The notes: generated from the letters alone by a model not told the origin. DNA of 64,000 nt from Parcubacteria group bacterium (GCA_016180525.1 JACPBB010000001.1:11320-75319), one strand, 5' to 3'; counted from the stretch's first letter, positions 1 through 10,489 are shown. A program made the numbers and translations.

Positions 1-1
1 T

Positions 2-577
2 ATTAAGTTTCCAAATATAAAGGGGAGGCGCATTGATGAGCAAATTTCAAATATTGACATATTACCCACTCTTCTAGAGACGCTTGGCATTCCAATACCA
101 AATCAGGTTGAAGGTAAAAGTTTTTTTTCGTTTCTTTTTAAAGAAGATGTTTCACCTCCTCGCGAATATGCTTTTATCGAACGTACTCCATTGTGGGAAA
201 ATATCATTATAAACAACGTAACAACGTTACCCACCGAAGAGAAAGAGTGGCTTAACGAATTTAAGATCCTAGATGATAAAAATTCTTTTAAGGATATTGC
301 CGTTAGAACAAAAGATTGGAAACTTATTTATAGAAAAAGTTTTGATATACAAAAAAGATTCTCTTGGTGGCAACATTTATCTGGAAAATCCACGCTTTTT
401 ACCGAATACGAACTTTATAATCTTATTGAAGACCCCAACGAAAAGAAAAATGTGTTTGATCAATATCCTGAAATCGGCCTTGTGTTAAAAGAGGTATTGT
501 TAACCTGGGATAAACAAATTAATAAAAAGGGGGCAAGCATTCAACAAATAAATGGTCCATTACAGCCATATTTTTAA
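2..577 (+). CDS. Sulfatase/alkaline-phosphatase-superfamily protein, C-terminal part (truncated by window start)
   Basis: Frame is open from base 2: IKFP..RIDEQISNIDILPTLLETLGIP..VEGKS..AVRTKDWKLI..ELYNLIEDPNEKKNV, the typical sulfatase C-terminal motifs. Confidence 0.85.
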   Translation: MKFPNIKGRRIDEQISNIDILPTLLETLGIPIPNQVEGKSFFSFLFKEDVSPPREYAFIERTPLWENIIINNVTTLPTEEKEWLNEFKILDDKNSFKDIAVRTKDWKLIYRKSFDIQKRFSWWQHLSGKSTLFTEYELYNLIEDPNEKKNVFDQYPEIGLVLKEVLLTWDKQINKKGASIQQINGPLQPYF

Positions 578-642
578 AAGAGCACGGGCTTGTTTTTTGA
601 AGGAAATGTGATATTTTAAATTCGCCTCACTTTATCTTTTAT

Positions 643-1485
643 ATGTCTCCCGATACACAAAAAAAAATATATTCTATATTGCAGTTTGTCAGAAACAACA
701 AGCATAGCTCGTTGTATAAAAATATCCCCAAAATAAAAAAGGGGGGGCTAGAGTTAATGTTTAATCGTATTCCCCGGACTACAATAAATAACCTGCAGGA
801 ATATTCAAAAAATTTATTTCATTATCCTGAAAAAGATATTCGTTATCTTGTTTCAGAGTTTGACCCTAATAATCTCAAATCCTTATTTCTTCTGCCGCAG
901 AGAGTTGATTATGAATGGAGTTTATTAAAGGAGGAAGTAGAAAAAAAAGATCCTATTGTTGCAATTCTTGTGGTGCCCACCTTCTGGCAAATGGGGCCGA
1001 TGTTTTACCGTACCTGCAGGAAAAGCAAGATTCCGGTATCTGTTTTATCCCATAGAAATCTCCCGCTTACCGTACAGGTTATAAAAGAAATAAAAGCACG
1101 GCTGGTGGTGACAACGCCAGATATTGCAATTGGAATCCAAAAAATGCTCTCTGACGAAGGGTATGAAAATCAGGTTAAAAGATGGCATTTGATTGTTCCT
1201 GTGGGGCCTCTTCCGCGCATTCCATGGCTTTCAGGAGAAATAAATATAGAATTCCATATATTTCCTGGAATTCCAGTCGGGTATCTTCCTTACAAATTTT
1301 TGAAAGAAAAAATAAACGGCTTTTTGCCAAACCCAGAATATTTTTTTGAAATAGAGAACAGTACATGCTTTATCACGAGTCTTATTTCACACGCGTTACC
1401 GCTCATAAGACTGCAAATCTCAAAAAAAGCAAAAAAAAATATTCATAAAGGAAAAGAAATTATCACAATCTATGAACCCGCCTGA
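643..1485 (+). CDS. Degenerate phenylacetate-CoA-ligase-like (ANL) protein
   Basis: N-terminal SSLYK and C-terminal YFFEIE..ITSL..ALPLIRL resemble the downstream PaaK-like gene, but the TSGT loop is absent. Confidence 0.5.
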   Translation: MSPDTQKKIYSILQFVRNNKHSSLYKNIPKIKKGGLELMFNRIPRTTINNLQEYSKNLFHYPEKDIRYLVSEFDPNNLKSLFLLPQRVDYEWSLLKEEVEKKDPIVAILVVPTFWQMGPMFYRTCRKSKIPVSVLSHRNLPLTVQVIKEIKARLVVTTPDIAIGIQKMLSDEGYENQVKRWHLIVPVGPLPRIPWLSGEINIEFHIFPGIPVGYLPYKFLKEKINGFLPNPEYFFEIENSTCFITSLISHALPLIRLQISKKAKKNIHKGKEIITIYEPA

Positions 1486-2731
1486 AGCACAAAAAGAGGC
1501 GTTAGCTGTTTTGAATGGTGTTTTGGAAAGTAACTATAGTAATTTTTATAGAAAAAAATATAAACACTGCACCAAGTTTGATGATTGGGTCTCTATACCA
1601 TTTTTAACACGGAGCGAAATGCAGAGGACTTCGTTTTTTGACAGGTTGTTTATTCCTTTAGGAGATATGGACATGGTACGTCCGACCTCGGGGACATCCG
1701 GTCGTGGGATATTGCTAATGCCTAAATGGGGGAAAAAACCTCAGAGCTATAAGCCGCCCCTTCACGTTAAATACATAAAACAAAAATCCCTTAATCGTGC
1801 AGTTACGTTTAGCGGTGCGCATAGTTATTATGCCAACGATGTAAGGAACAGACTGGGAATTGATTATTTATATCTTGACCCTGGAGATATGCAGACTTCG
1901 GCACGTCTGTTTAATCTATATAAACCAGAAATCATTTACGGATTTCCATACGCTATCGCATCGCTTGTTTCATCTCTTTCTGAAAAATCTTTGGCACAAA
2001 AAGTTCAAGCAATAATTTTTTTTGGCGAACGATGTTCAGATACACAATGGCGATTTATTCAGAAATATTTTGCAAATGCCGTTATTTTTTCAGAATACGC
2101 GAGCATAGAAACACAAGCGACGATAGCTGGACCGTGTACAGAAATTGTGCGAAAAAAAGAAAAGTACGTGCATCCGTTACCGGATTATGTTTTTTTTGAA
2201 ATTATTGACTCATCCGGTGAGACCCTTACAAAGGAAGGAGCTTCGGGTGAACTGGTTATTACTACCATATCGCCGGTTGTGTTTCCTCTTATTAGATATC
2301 GAACAGGGGATTCGGCGACAATAATTTATTCCTCTTGCCCTTGTAGTATAAAAACTCCCGTTATTTCAATAGACGGAAGAATCGAAATTGACAGACTTAG
2401 AATACCAGGAGGAGAGTTGAATTTGGCTGAAATAGAGAGAGTAGTATCGCAATGCCAAGAATACGTGACTGGTGGAGATTTTCTTGTGCAATACATTGAA
2501 ATAAAAGACAGATATGGAGTGCTCAAACCAAAGGTAACAATAGAGCTCTCGTGGAATAAGAAGAAGAAGGCAGATTCCACCGTGTTGGCTAAAATATTTG
2601 CCCAAACTCTTCGCGTTGCTCCGCAGTACACATACGCCGACGGGGTTAGAGAAGGAAAATACGAACCACTTACTATTCAATTTCTGCCGCAAGACACGAA
2701 CATGGGAAAGAGAAGGATTATCAGAAATTGA
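1472..2731 (+). CDS. Phenylacetate-CoA ligase family (PaaK/CapK-like) adenylate-forming enzyme
   Basis: Motifs IPFLTRSE, TSGTSG, YASIE, GELVITT..PLIRYRTGD, C.C, GR. Confidence 0.85.
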   Translation: MNPPEAQKEALAVLNGVLESNYSNFYRKKYKHCTKFDDWVSIPFLTRSEMQRTSFFDRLFIPLGDMDMVRPTSGTSGRGILLMPKWGKKPQSYKPPLHVKYIKQKSLNRAVTFSGAHSYYANDVRNRLGIDYLYLDPGDMQTSARLFNLYKPEIIYGFPYAIASLVSSLSEKSLAQKVQAIIFFGERCSDTQWRFIQKYFANAVIFSEYASIETQATIAGPCTEIVRKKEKYVHPLPDYVFFEIIDSSGETLTKEGASGELVITTISPVVFPLIRYRTGDSATIIYSSCPCSIKTPVISIDGRIEIDRLRIPGGELNLAEIERVVSQCQEYVTGGDFLVQYIEIKDRYGVLKPKVTIELSWNKKKKADSTVLAKIFAQTLRVAPQYTYADGVREGKYEPLTIQFLPQDTNMGKRRIIRN

Positions 2732-2765
2732 TTTTCTTTTTTAAGCGTGATAGTGTTCTTTCAGA

Positions 2766-3338
2766 ATGAAACAAAAAGAGACGGTACTCATGCGACTTCT
2801 GGGCAAAAAAGTTTATCTGCGACCCATGACCGCAGAAGATGTCCACACTCTCAAGAAATGGCTAAATGACCCGGATGTAACAAAATATCTTGATATGACG
2901 ACTCCGTTTATGCGCGGAATACAACAAGATATTATCGGTAATAATTCCCTTCTTTTACAACATACCTTTATCACTGTTGTTAAAGACACCGAGGAGCCGA
3001 TTGGTTTTGGGCGCTTGCAAGAAATAAGTGAAGTTGATAAAAATGCTAAATTTCTGCAGGTTATCGGAGAAAAAAAATATTGGGGTTGTGGATTTGCTTT
3101 CGACGCCCGAATGCTTTTACTGTATTACGCGTTTAACACTTTAAAGTTAATAAAAGTTTACGGAAGAGTATATCGGGAAAATGCTCGTATGTTAAATCAA
3201 GCAAAAAAAGCCGGAGCACGGATAGAGGGTGTTTTAGAAAAGCACAAATTTAGAGACGGAAAATTTCATGACCTTGTCTTAACCGCAACATTTAAAGAAG
3301 GCTGGGAACAAATTTTTGAAAATTATCAAAACTCATGA
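2766..3338 (+). CDS. GNAT N-acetyltransferase, RimJ/RimL-like
   Basis: VYLRP..ED..WLNDP, IGEKKYWGCG, YAFNTLKL.KV, N.R, EGVL..H.FRDG.FHD. Confidence 0.9.
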   Translation: MKQKETVLMRLLGKKVYLRPMTAEDVHTLKKWLNDPDVTKYLDMTTPFMRGIQQDIIGNNSLLLQHTFITVVKDTEEPIGFGRLQEISEVDKNAKFLQVIGEKKYWGCGFAFDARMLLLYYAFNTLKLIKVYGRVYRENARMLNQAKKAGARIEGVLEKHKFRDGKFHDLVLTATFKEGWEQIFENYQNS

Positions 3339-3386
3339 ACTATTATCCTGTTGAAACCGTTATTTAAAATTATAAATAGCGGTTTT

Positions 3387-4688
3387 TTAATTAACATTTT
3401 GAAACCACATTTCTTGATACGCAGTTGTCGTACATTTATCAGTTAGTATTGGATTTCCGACAAAATTACATAGTTCTTTCATTTCTGCCTTAGTTTGTGC
3501 TGAATGTGCTATTAAAGCGCCGATACCCTGAACACAACCGGTTTTTAAATCTGCCCCTGGCGCCGAAGTACACAGTGCCTTAGTTTGAGAAAAATCCATT
3601 TCCAGTATCTGTCTTGTAAGTGATGGCTGAAAATACGCACATCGTTCTCGGTGCTCTTTCGGAAGAGTCGCGCAGGTCCGCCATATATTATTTTTATCTA
3701 GTTGGTCTTGCTTTGCAAAAAAGGCATATTCTATAAAGACACCGTCATAGCAATATTGTCTATTGCCTACAGACAGTCCATCGCATAACAAAAGAGTATT
3801 TTTAATATTAAAATCGGTTTCAATAAGAAGCGGGTGTGCAATGCCTTGCAAGCAAGCGATAGCAGAAAAACTTAAGTTGCCAATAGTCTCTGAAAACATC
3901 TTAACGCATTCGTTTTCCACAGTAACGATATCATTTTTGTGTTCCAACAAAAACCCGGTAATAACGCCGTGTTGGCATCCATAGGTAAATTCATGAGTAC
4001 AATAGTTTAAACTCCCGATACCATATTTTTTAAAAAGAGAATTTCCGATAATATGTGCTAATGAATGGGTGTCGACAATTTGTTTCCCATTTTCAAACCC
4101 AACAAAAGTCAAATATTTTAGAGCAATGCTGGGGAATTTGTTGCTTAGCCGGATAATGTGATTTTTTTGCTCGTAAGAATAAAGGGATGCAAATTTTCCT
4201 TTGTTTAGATAAACTAAAATATCATTTATTTTTTTAGAATCAAATGGAGAACTAAACGCAAGTTTATTTTTAAAATCAACTAAACGGGTATGTCTATCTT
4301 CCTCTGCTTCTACATATACTGTTCCGACCATTTCAGGAAATAAATGATCATGATAACTCCACGCCCCTTCAAATGCATAAATAAATGACCATTGTTCGTT
4401 TGGATTGAGTCCGCGACACGCGTCAAATAAGCTTCCCAAGCAATCTCTTGGAGATGTTTGCGGGTAATTGCTGTGAGTTACGTGCTCATCTGACGCTGGC
4501 CAGTGCTTCCGTGTTCCTTTGTTTATAAAAGTAATCGTTTCTCCGGTTTGTACATATGTGTTTTGTGGTATAAATTTAGAGTCGGTTATAACAACCACGC
4601 TTGGGTGACTTTCATATTTGCTCGGAATGAGGAGCGCCATTATAATGAGGGCAATTACTGCGACGCTATATTCTATATATTTTTTCAT
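3387..4688 (-). CDS. Membrane-anchored cupredoxin-domain + Cys/His-rich protein (paralogue 1)
   Basis: N-terminal TM; WPASDEHVTH..WSYHDHL cupredoxin; HSLAH, CQHG, CLQGIAH, CYDGVFIE. Start placed at MKKYIE. Confidence 0.75.
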   Translation of the reverse strand: MKKYIEYSVAVIALIIMALLIPSKYESHPSVVVITDSKFIPQNTYVQTGETITFINKGTRKHWPASDEHVTHSNYPQTSPRDCLGSLFDACRGLNPNEQWSFIYAFEGAWSYHDHLFPEMVGTVYVEAEEDRHTRLVDFKNKLAFSSPFDSKKINDILVYLNKGKFASLYSYEQKNHIIRLSNKFPSIALKYLTFVGFENGKQIVDTHSLAHIIGNSLFKKYGIGSLNYCTHEFTYGCQHGVITGFLLEHKNDIVTVENECVKMFSETIGNLSFSAIACLQGIAHPLLIETDFNIKNTLLLCDGLSVGNRQYCYDGVFIEYAFFAKQDQLDKNNIWRTCATLPKEHRERCAYFQPSLTRQILEMDFSQTKALCTSAPGADLKTGCVQGIGALIAHSAQTKAEMKELCNFVGNPILTDKCTTTAYQEMWFQNVN

Positions 4689-4705
4689 AATATATTGTGT
4701 TATAT

Positions 4706-5668
4706 ATGATAACAAAATATTTTCAAAATAAAAAAAGATTTCCTATTTTACTATTGTGCTTTATATTTGTGGTCTTAATTTTTTCATATACGCAATTGTT
4801 TCATCCGTGTCTATATTTTGATGAAAATAATATAAAAACCCAAACAGAACGTTGGGGGGACTGTATTGATGTGTGGGGTGGAAAAGTGGCACATGCCTTC
4901 TTTAAACAGACAAACAAAGTGGTTCCTAATCAATACAAACATATTAACGCGCATATGTTTGGCAATGCCCTTTACAACAATTACAGCCTTGAAAAAGCCC
5001 TTCTCTTTTGCGATTACGCGTATTGGGAAGGATGTTTCCATGAGCTTTTGTCTCGAGCATTTTTAGACGGGGGATATTCCACTTTAAAAAATATTGCCGA
5101 AACATGCAAAAAAATACTCTCTAGCACTTATTCTACAACTTGTCTGCATGGTTTTGGACATGGCCTTATTGCTCTTGGGAAATATACAACTGATGACTTG
5201 CGCGAAGCTCTTGATTTTTGTTCTTTACATTTTTCTGATACAGAAGGGAAAAAAGATGCTTCAAGGCGAGGGTCAGATTATTTTGGAAACGAATGTTACC
5301 ATGGTGTATTTATGGAATATAATGAACGTAATATGTTACCGGAGTTAGGTCCCCGAGAATTAGATTTTAAAAATATATATACGCCATGTGATACATTGGA
5401 TTCTGAATACAAGGCAACGTGCTATCACAGGCTCGCTTTTAATCTGTGGCCTCACAACATATCAAACATAAATATTACTGTTAAGTATAATACACTGATA
5501 TCGTGGTGTCGTGACATTCCCCAAAAAGAATACCATTATTCTTGCGTAAGTGGAGTTCGTACTTCGATGTTTTTTGTCCCAGAAATATCCGCAAAAGAAA
5601 AAAAGAAGGTTTTAAACTTAGTAGATGAGGTCCTCCGAGAAGTACGGGCCTTTTCTGCCCCGATCTAA
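4706..5668 (+). CDS. Membrane-anchored Cys/His-rich protein (paralogue 2)
   Basis: TM; HINAH, GCFHE, CLHGFGHG, CYHGVFMEY. Start approximate. Confidence 0.75.
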   Translation: MITKYFQNKKRFPILLLCFIFVVLIFSYTQLFHPCLYFDENNIKTQTERWGDCIDVWGGKVAHAFFKQTNKVVPNQYKHINAHMFGNALYNNYSLEKALLFCDYAYWEGCFHELLSRAFLDGGYSTLKNIAETCKKILSSTYSTTCLHGFGHGLIALGKYTTDDLREALDFCSLHFSDTEGKKDASRRGSDYFGNECYHGVFMEYNERNMLPELGPRELDFKNIYTPCDTLDSEYKATCYHRLAFNLWPHNISNINITVKYNTLISWCRDIPQKEYHYSCVSGVRTSMFFVPEISAKEKKKVLNLVDEVLREVRAFSAPI

Positions 5669-5688
5669 CCATCTCAAAAATAAGTACT

Positions 5689-7401
5689 TTATTTAGGAAT
5701 TTGCCTTGTATAGATTATCAAATCGCTCTTTTTAATAATATCTATAATTGCTTGACGCGAATATGTATCTTGTAAATCATTTTTAAGAGATATTAACCCG
5801 TTTTTCTCCAGATTTTTTTCTTTATGAGTAATGAGAAATGGAGTGTCTGTAACAATGCTCTTATTAAAACTCAAAAAGGCTGATGATGGTGCGGCGTAGA
5901 AAAGAAACAAATCATGAAAATCAACCTTTACCCCCAATAACGCAAGTGTTGATAAAAATTTGCTATATCCGGTAACGGCAAAGATAAGCTGGTCCACGTA
6001 TGCTGTTTTTGTGCGATAGAGCGTCAACAACCGTTCAATAAACAATAATTCATTTGTATTGAAATTTGTTTTTAAATCTTTTGCTCCATACAAAAAAGAA
6101 AGGGTGTTTAAAAAAATGACGACGTCATCTTGATACACAATCGGAAAAGCTGTTATTTTTTCCTGGAGTTCAGTAATTGTTTTATTGCCCAAAAACCAAT
6201 CATGTTCGGAGAGCAGGGACCGAATTTTAAGAATTGCCATTATCTTTACAAAATCAGTGCCATAATCCGGACAAGAATAGGAAGTTGGTATTGGTTGATA
6301 CAAAAGAGGAAAGGCCGCATTCGTTTTTTCCTGAAGAGCACGCTGAAGCGGCTTTTCTGTATTTTTTGAAATATGAAAATATAGGTCATTTAAAAGAACT
6401 ATTCTCGGGCTGAATTCACTACCGTATTTCTGCGGCATGACAGTGTAATATGCGGGGGTATCTTCAAGAGCACAGGCGCTGCTCCCGAGAACAATGACCG
6501 GCATGGATTCATACCATTGTTTCTCTGTCTCATTAGATACACTGAGTATTGAGTAGTAATTACGAATTAAAGACGCGTTGCTTTTGATAATTTCAGGAAT
6601 ACTATAAAAATTTTCTTGTTCAGATACTTCTTGTGAATTTAAAAAGGGCTGAAAAGAAGCTGATGCTAAAGAACATTTTTTTATATTCCCATTAAAACAC
6701 TTCATTCTATTGTTTCTTTTTTCGTCAATATCGTATGAAGCATTAATCAGAGTATTTAAAAATGTTACATATGTTTCATTTGAAATAGTTCCTGTTGGAA
6801 GAAAAAAATTTTTCTGGTCATGCTCAGCATATATGTGTTTCATTTTTTCAGCGTTTTTGCGATATATCTTAACCGTTCTCTCCAGTAACGCATCGTATGT
6901 TTTGATGTTTTCGACTGAAGGACGTTCCACTACGTCTCTGCGTGCCTTCTCAAGGTCGGCAATTGAATATAAAAAATCAGTCGGGTATAGATTTGACCTT
7001 AAAATTTTTTCCTCTCGTGGATAATAATACCCCGCAAAATTATCAAAAGATTGTTCCATACGAGCGATAGAGTTCCTCAATGTTTCTATGTCAGTTTCCG
7101 GAATAGCAAGAAACGGCTCTACGCGGGTCAAAAGTGAGTAATATCCTGCGCGAAGCGCCACAACTTCGCGCTTAAGAGTAGGAGGCGCCTCAACAAAAAC
7201 AATGCTGCCTTCAGAAATAGTATAGTGTTTCTCGTCTATAACAATTTCAGGAAGAATAAATTGGGCAAGCTCTTTTGAAAAAAACTTTTTTTCTTTTTCC
7301 AACTGAACTGTATTTTTAAATACGCTGACATAAAAAACCAATAATATAAAAAAACTTAGAATTATCGGTATACATACTCGGCGCTTTAACTGATACTTCA
7401 T
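5689..7401 (-). CDS. Hypothetical membrane-anchored extracytoplasmic protein (570 aa)
   Basis: Long ORF with N-terminal TM helix, last gene of a minus-strand run. Confidence 0.7.
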   Translation of the reverse strand: MKYQLKRRVCIPIILSFFILLVFYVSVFKNTVQLEKEKKFFSKELAQFILPEIVIDEKHYTISEGSIVFVEAPPTLKREVVALRAGYYSLLTRVEPFLAIPETDIETLRNSIARMEQSFDNFAGYYYPREEKILRSNLYPTDFLYSIADLEKARRDVVERPSVENIKTYDALLERTVKIYRKNAEKMKHIYAEHDQKNFFLPTGTISNETYVTFLNTLINASYDIDEKRNNRMKCFNGNIKKCSLASASFQPFLNSQEVSEQENFYSIPEIIKSNASLIRNYYSILSVSNETEKQWYESMPVIVLGSSACALEDTPAYYTVMPQKYGSEFSPRIVLLNDLYFHISKNTEKPLQRALQEKTNAAFPLLYQPIPTSYSCPDYGTDFVKIMAILKIRSLLSEHDWFLGNKTITELQEKITAFPIVYQDDVVIFLNTLSFLYGAKDLKTNFNTNELLFIERLLTLYRTKTAYVDQLIFAVTGYSKFLSTLALLGVKVDFHDLFLFYAAPSSAFLSFNKSIVTDTPFLITHKEKNLEKNGLISLKNDLQDTYSRQAIIDIIKKSDLIIYTRQIPK

Positions 7402-7405
7402 GCTA

Positions 7406-7834
7406 TTATAGCGGGTTTACGGCTATAACCTCCGCAACAAAATACCCGTCTTGAATATCATATAAAATTTGAACTTTGTCGCCAGCATATAGATCACTTA
7501 TTGTTGTGTCTTTTATATCTAAAAAGACCAGTGCATTATTCTCAAAATGAGGGATATTTTTTACCACGCGTGTTTCTTCATTAAACACAATTTTAATTTT
7601 TTGATTTTCACGGGTCGGATGATAGTGATTGTTGATTTTCACAATCATATATTTTTCTTCTGGGTTAATGAAAAAAATATTTCCGCCCCTGAAGACTTCT
7701 TCTGATGAGAACGGCGTATAAAGCACTGGTTTATTTTTTTCAGCCATCAAAAATAAAAAAAATAATAAACTCAAACAAAAAACCATGATAATGACAAAAA
7801 AATAACATATTCTTCTTTTTGTTAAAGGAGGCAT
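7406..7834 (-). CDS. Small membrane-anchored OB-fold-like (DUF5666-like) protein
   Basis: TM, then F.EETRV..ISDLYAGDKVQILY..AEVI. Confidence 0.55.
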   Translation of the reverse strand: MPPLTKRRICYFFVIIMVFCLSLLFFLFLMAEKNKPVLYTPFSSEEVFRGGNIFFINPEEKYMIVKINNHYHPTRENQKIKIVFNEETRVVKNIPHFENNALVFLDIKDTTISDLYAGDKVQILYDIQDGYFVAEVIAVNPL

Positions 7835-7849
7835 TTGTTTAACATAGTT

Positions 7850-8314
7850 TTACTTTTTATACGTTTTATATTGAATGATTTGTGTTGCGTAAAATCTTTC
7901 TTTATTTCTCTGTACGTAGATAACCAATAAATCTCCCGAAGAAAGTTCATTTAAAAATGATATATCTTTATCATAATAAAAAAACTTATTTGAAATAGTA
8001 TAGCCTTCACGAACAGAGACGCGTGTAGAATCATCAAAATAAACTTTTGTTTTACCGGACACTTGAAAAAATGGATTTGCAATTTGACTCAAAATAATAG
8101 ACTGTTCTTCAAAATTTACCAAATCCAGAGTGACCCACAGCTTCTCTGTTTTTGATTTCATCTGGCTTAATTTGATATCAGAATTTCTTTCATTCACAAG
8201 CGCGGTCTGTTCATTGGTATTTGTTGAAAAAAGAAAGACATGCCCCAAAATAATGCCTAAACTAAAACTGGCAAAAAACAACAATAAGCAGTATTTAAAA
8301 TAAATATTCTCCAT
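7850..8314 (-). CDS. Small membrane-anchored OB-fold-like protein (paralogue)
   Basis: TM; YFDDSTRV..LNELSSGDLLVIY..ATQI. Start placed at MENIYF. Confidence 0.55.
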   Translation of the reverse strand: MENIYFKYCLLLFFASFSLGIILGHVFLFSTNTNEQTALVNERNSDIKLSQMKSKTEKLWVTLDLVNFEEQSIILSQIANPFFQVSGKTKVYFDDSTRVSVREGYTISNKFFYYDKDISFLNELSSGDLLVIYVQRNKERFYATQIIQYKTYKK

Positions 8315-8729
8315 GGAGTATAAAGGGCGTGTACTTGGAATTATCATTTAACGAACTATAAACAATGACATACTCACCGGGACGAATATTTTCAATAGAG
8401 CTCTCAATAGTGTCTTTTATGCTATACACTATATCGTCTTTTGAAAAAATAAGAGCTCTTTGAACAATAGTATTTTTATCAAAATAAATTTCATTGATGA
8501 CCCTTTTTTCCGGTGAAAATCGACTTCGTTCTTCAAATTTAATCGTATTTTTTTTAAGATCAACAGACTGAAGAATTCCATATTGCCTTCCGATATATGT
8601 TATTATTCCAGTCTTAATATTTTTATTAACTTGATGTTGCAATACAAAGGATACAGCCAAAAAACCAATTAAAAATCCTGATAATAAAAAAAGGAGGAGC
8701 CCCCAGAAATTGATTCTATTTTTAAACAT
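8295..8729 (-). CDS. Small membrane-anchored OB-fold-like protein (paralogue)
   Basis: TM; GILQSVD..YFDKNTIV..IENIRPGEYVIVY. Confidence 0.55.
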   Translation of the reverse strand: MFKNRINFWGLLLFLLSGFLIGFLAVSFVLQHQVNKNIKTGIITYIGRQYGILQSVDLKKNTIKFEERSRFSPEKRVINEIYFDKNTIVQRALIFSKDDIVYSIKDTIESSIENIRPGEYVIVYSSLNDNSKYTPFILHGEYLF

Positions 8730-8769
8730 AATACACAATCTATATTCTATACTATACTATAATTAACAC

Positions 8770-10437
8770 ATGATTTCGTCTCAAAGGACAGTGGCTATTT
8801 TTATTTTTTTTATAGGCTCTTTTTTATTGCCGCTTTTTTTAATTCCCGGATACTCTTATCTATTCTCAGAAGCGGGTAAATTCGTACTTTTTTTTATTAC
8901 CATACATGTATCGGCGGGGTTTTTATTATATTCATGGTGGAAAAACAACTCTATTGACCTGCCCGCCCATCCTCTTTTTGCATCTCTATACTGTATCTTT
9001 CTTTTTATTTTTCTTTCATCGCTTTTTTCAAAGTCATATTATGTTTCATGGATATACTTTATAAATCATGAAAACACATTTTTCTTTTTTTATCTTTTGT
9101 TTCTCGTACTGTTTTTGTCTATATATTTTTTAAAATATAAGCAAGTAATTTTATATATATATGAGATTATTCTTTTCTCCTTCGTAACCCTCATCCCATT
9201 AAGTGGGGCAATGAATTTTTTTAATAAATTGGGCTTCATTAAAAATATAGAATCATTTCTTGACACAACAACTAATGTCATTATATTTTCAGGACTTGTT
9301 GCCGTTGTTTCATTGCTTTTATATATATTTTCAGAAAGTAAGATGATGCGCGTGTTTCCAATTATTACACTTGTCCTTTCATCACTGATTCTCTTTTGCG
9401 CATTTAAAGAAGAGGCAAAACTTGCCCTTTCTTTTCCCGTTGAAAATATGGCTGTCTTACAAGAAACAATAAAAGAATCTCCCCTGCGAGCACTTTTAGG
9501 AAGTGGGCCTGGAACTGTTCAATATCAATACGATCTATACGCACCTGAAGAAACTCCCACACGATCGTGGAGTAGCAGTCTTTTAATCCAATTTGGACTT
9601 TTAGGTGGATTTGCGTGGATTGTATTTTTTATTTTATTTTTGTATTTTGGCATATGGTCATTTTTGGAAAAAAATGCTTTGGCAATTGGAAATTTTATTG
9701 TTGCTCTATACTTGTGGATTTTTGCCCTTCTATATCCAGTAAATTTTACCCTCGTTGCCTTTACATTTTTATTTACAGGCATTTGTATCACACTCCAAAT
9801 CATTAAAGATTCTGAAAACAAGATCATTATTCCATTACAAAAAAGAAGCTCTCGCGTTGTGTTTGCATGTTTGGTGGGCATTGTACTTTTTACAAGCACG
9901 CTTGGTATTATAGTTTATACAAAAAAATCAATTTCATATGCTTTTTATCAGAATGCTCTTGTGATTGAAAGTAAAGAATTATTTTTAGACACCGTGAAGC
10001 GGGCATTGCAGATTTCAAAAGAGGACATATATTACAGAAAGCTCGCGGATTTTTATATTAAAAAAACAGAGATGGCACAGGGCCTTGTTCTCTTTACTGA
10101 ACAGAATAAAAAAATAGTTGAATATGGCGGAAACGCCGTTTCTTATGCCAATGAAGCCGTTCGTATAAATCCGAGCGATTACAGAAATTGGGGGACGCTC
10201 GGAAACATATACCTTGTATTTGAAAGGTTGGGCGTACGCGGAGGATACGAGCTTGGAAAAAATGCTTATTCAGAAGCACAAAAACTAAGTCCCAAAAATG
10301 AAATATTGCTCTTGGAGCGCGCGGAGTTGGCGTTTCTTGCCAAAGATATTCATTTTAGGGAACTATTGAAAGAATTACTGCAATATAATCCACATAACAT
10401 AGAGGCTCAAAAAAGATTGCGTGAGTGGGGATTGTAA
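8770..10437 (+). CDS. O-antigen-ligase-like polytopic membrane protein with C-terminal TPR repeats
   Basis: Many TM helices, LLGSGPGT loop, GLLGG.AW, then TPR-like A.RINPSDYRNW..LG.IY. Confidence 0.65.
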   Translation: MISSQRTVAIFIFFIGSFLLPLFLIPGYSYLFSEAGKFVLFFITIHVSAGFLLYSWWKNNSIDLPAHPLFASLYCIFLFIFLSSLFSKSYYVSWIYFINHENTFFFFYLLFLVLFLSIYFLKYKQVILYIYEIILFSFVTLIPLSGAMNFFNKLGFIKNIESFLDTTTNVIIFSGLVAVVSLLLYIFSESKMMRVFPIITLVLSSLILFCAFKEEAKLALSFPVENMAVLQETIKESPLRALLGSGPGTVQYQYDLYAPEETPTRSWSSSLLIQFGLLGGFAWIVFFILFLYFGIWSFLEKNALAIGNFIVALYLWIFALLYPVNFTLVAFTFLFTGICITLQIIKDSENKIIIPLQKRSSRVVFACLVGIVLFTSTLGIIVYTKKSISYAFYQNALVIESKELFLDTVKRALQISKEDIYYRKLADFYIKKTEMAQGLVLFTEQNKKIVEYGGNAVSYANEAVRINPSDYRNWGTLGNIYLVFERLGVRGGYELGKNAYSEAQKLSPKNEILLLERAELAFLAKDIHFRELLKELLQYNPHNIEAQKRLREWGL

Positions 10438-10489
10438 GGGTATCCACAGTTGTCGACGATTAGATTAGCATGTATAATGATATGCAAAT

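Noticed and set aside
10440-10449. DnaA box or replication origin
   Set aside because: A single 8/9 match (GTATCCACA) with no box cluster and no dnaA nearby.
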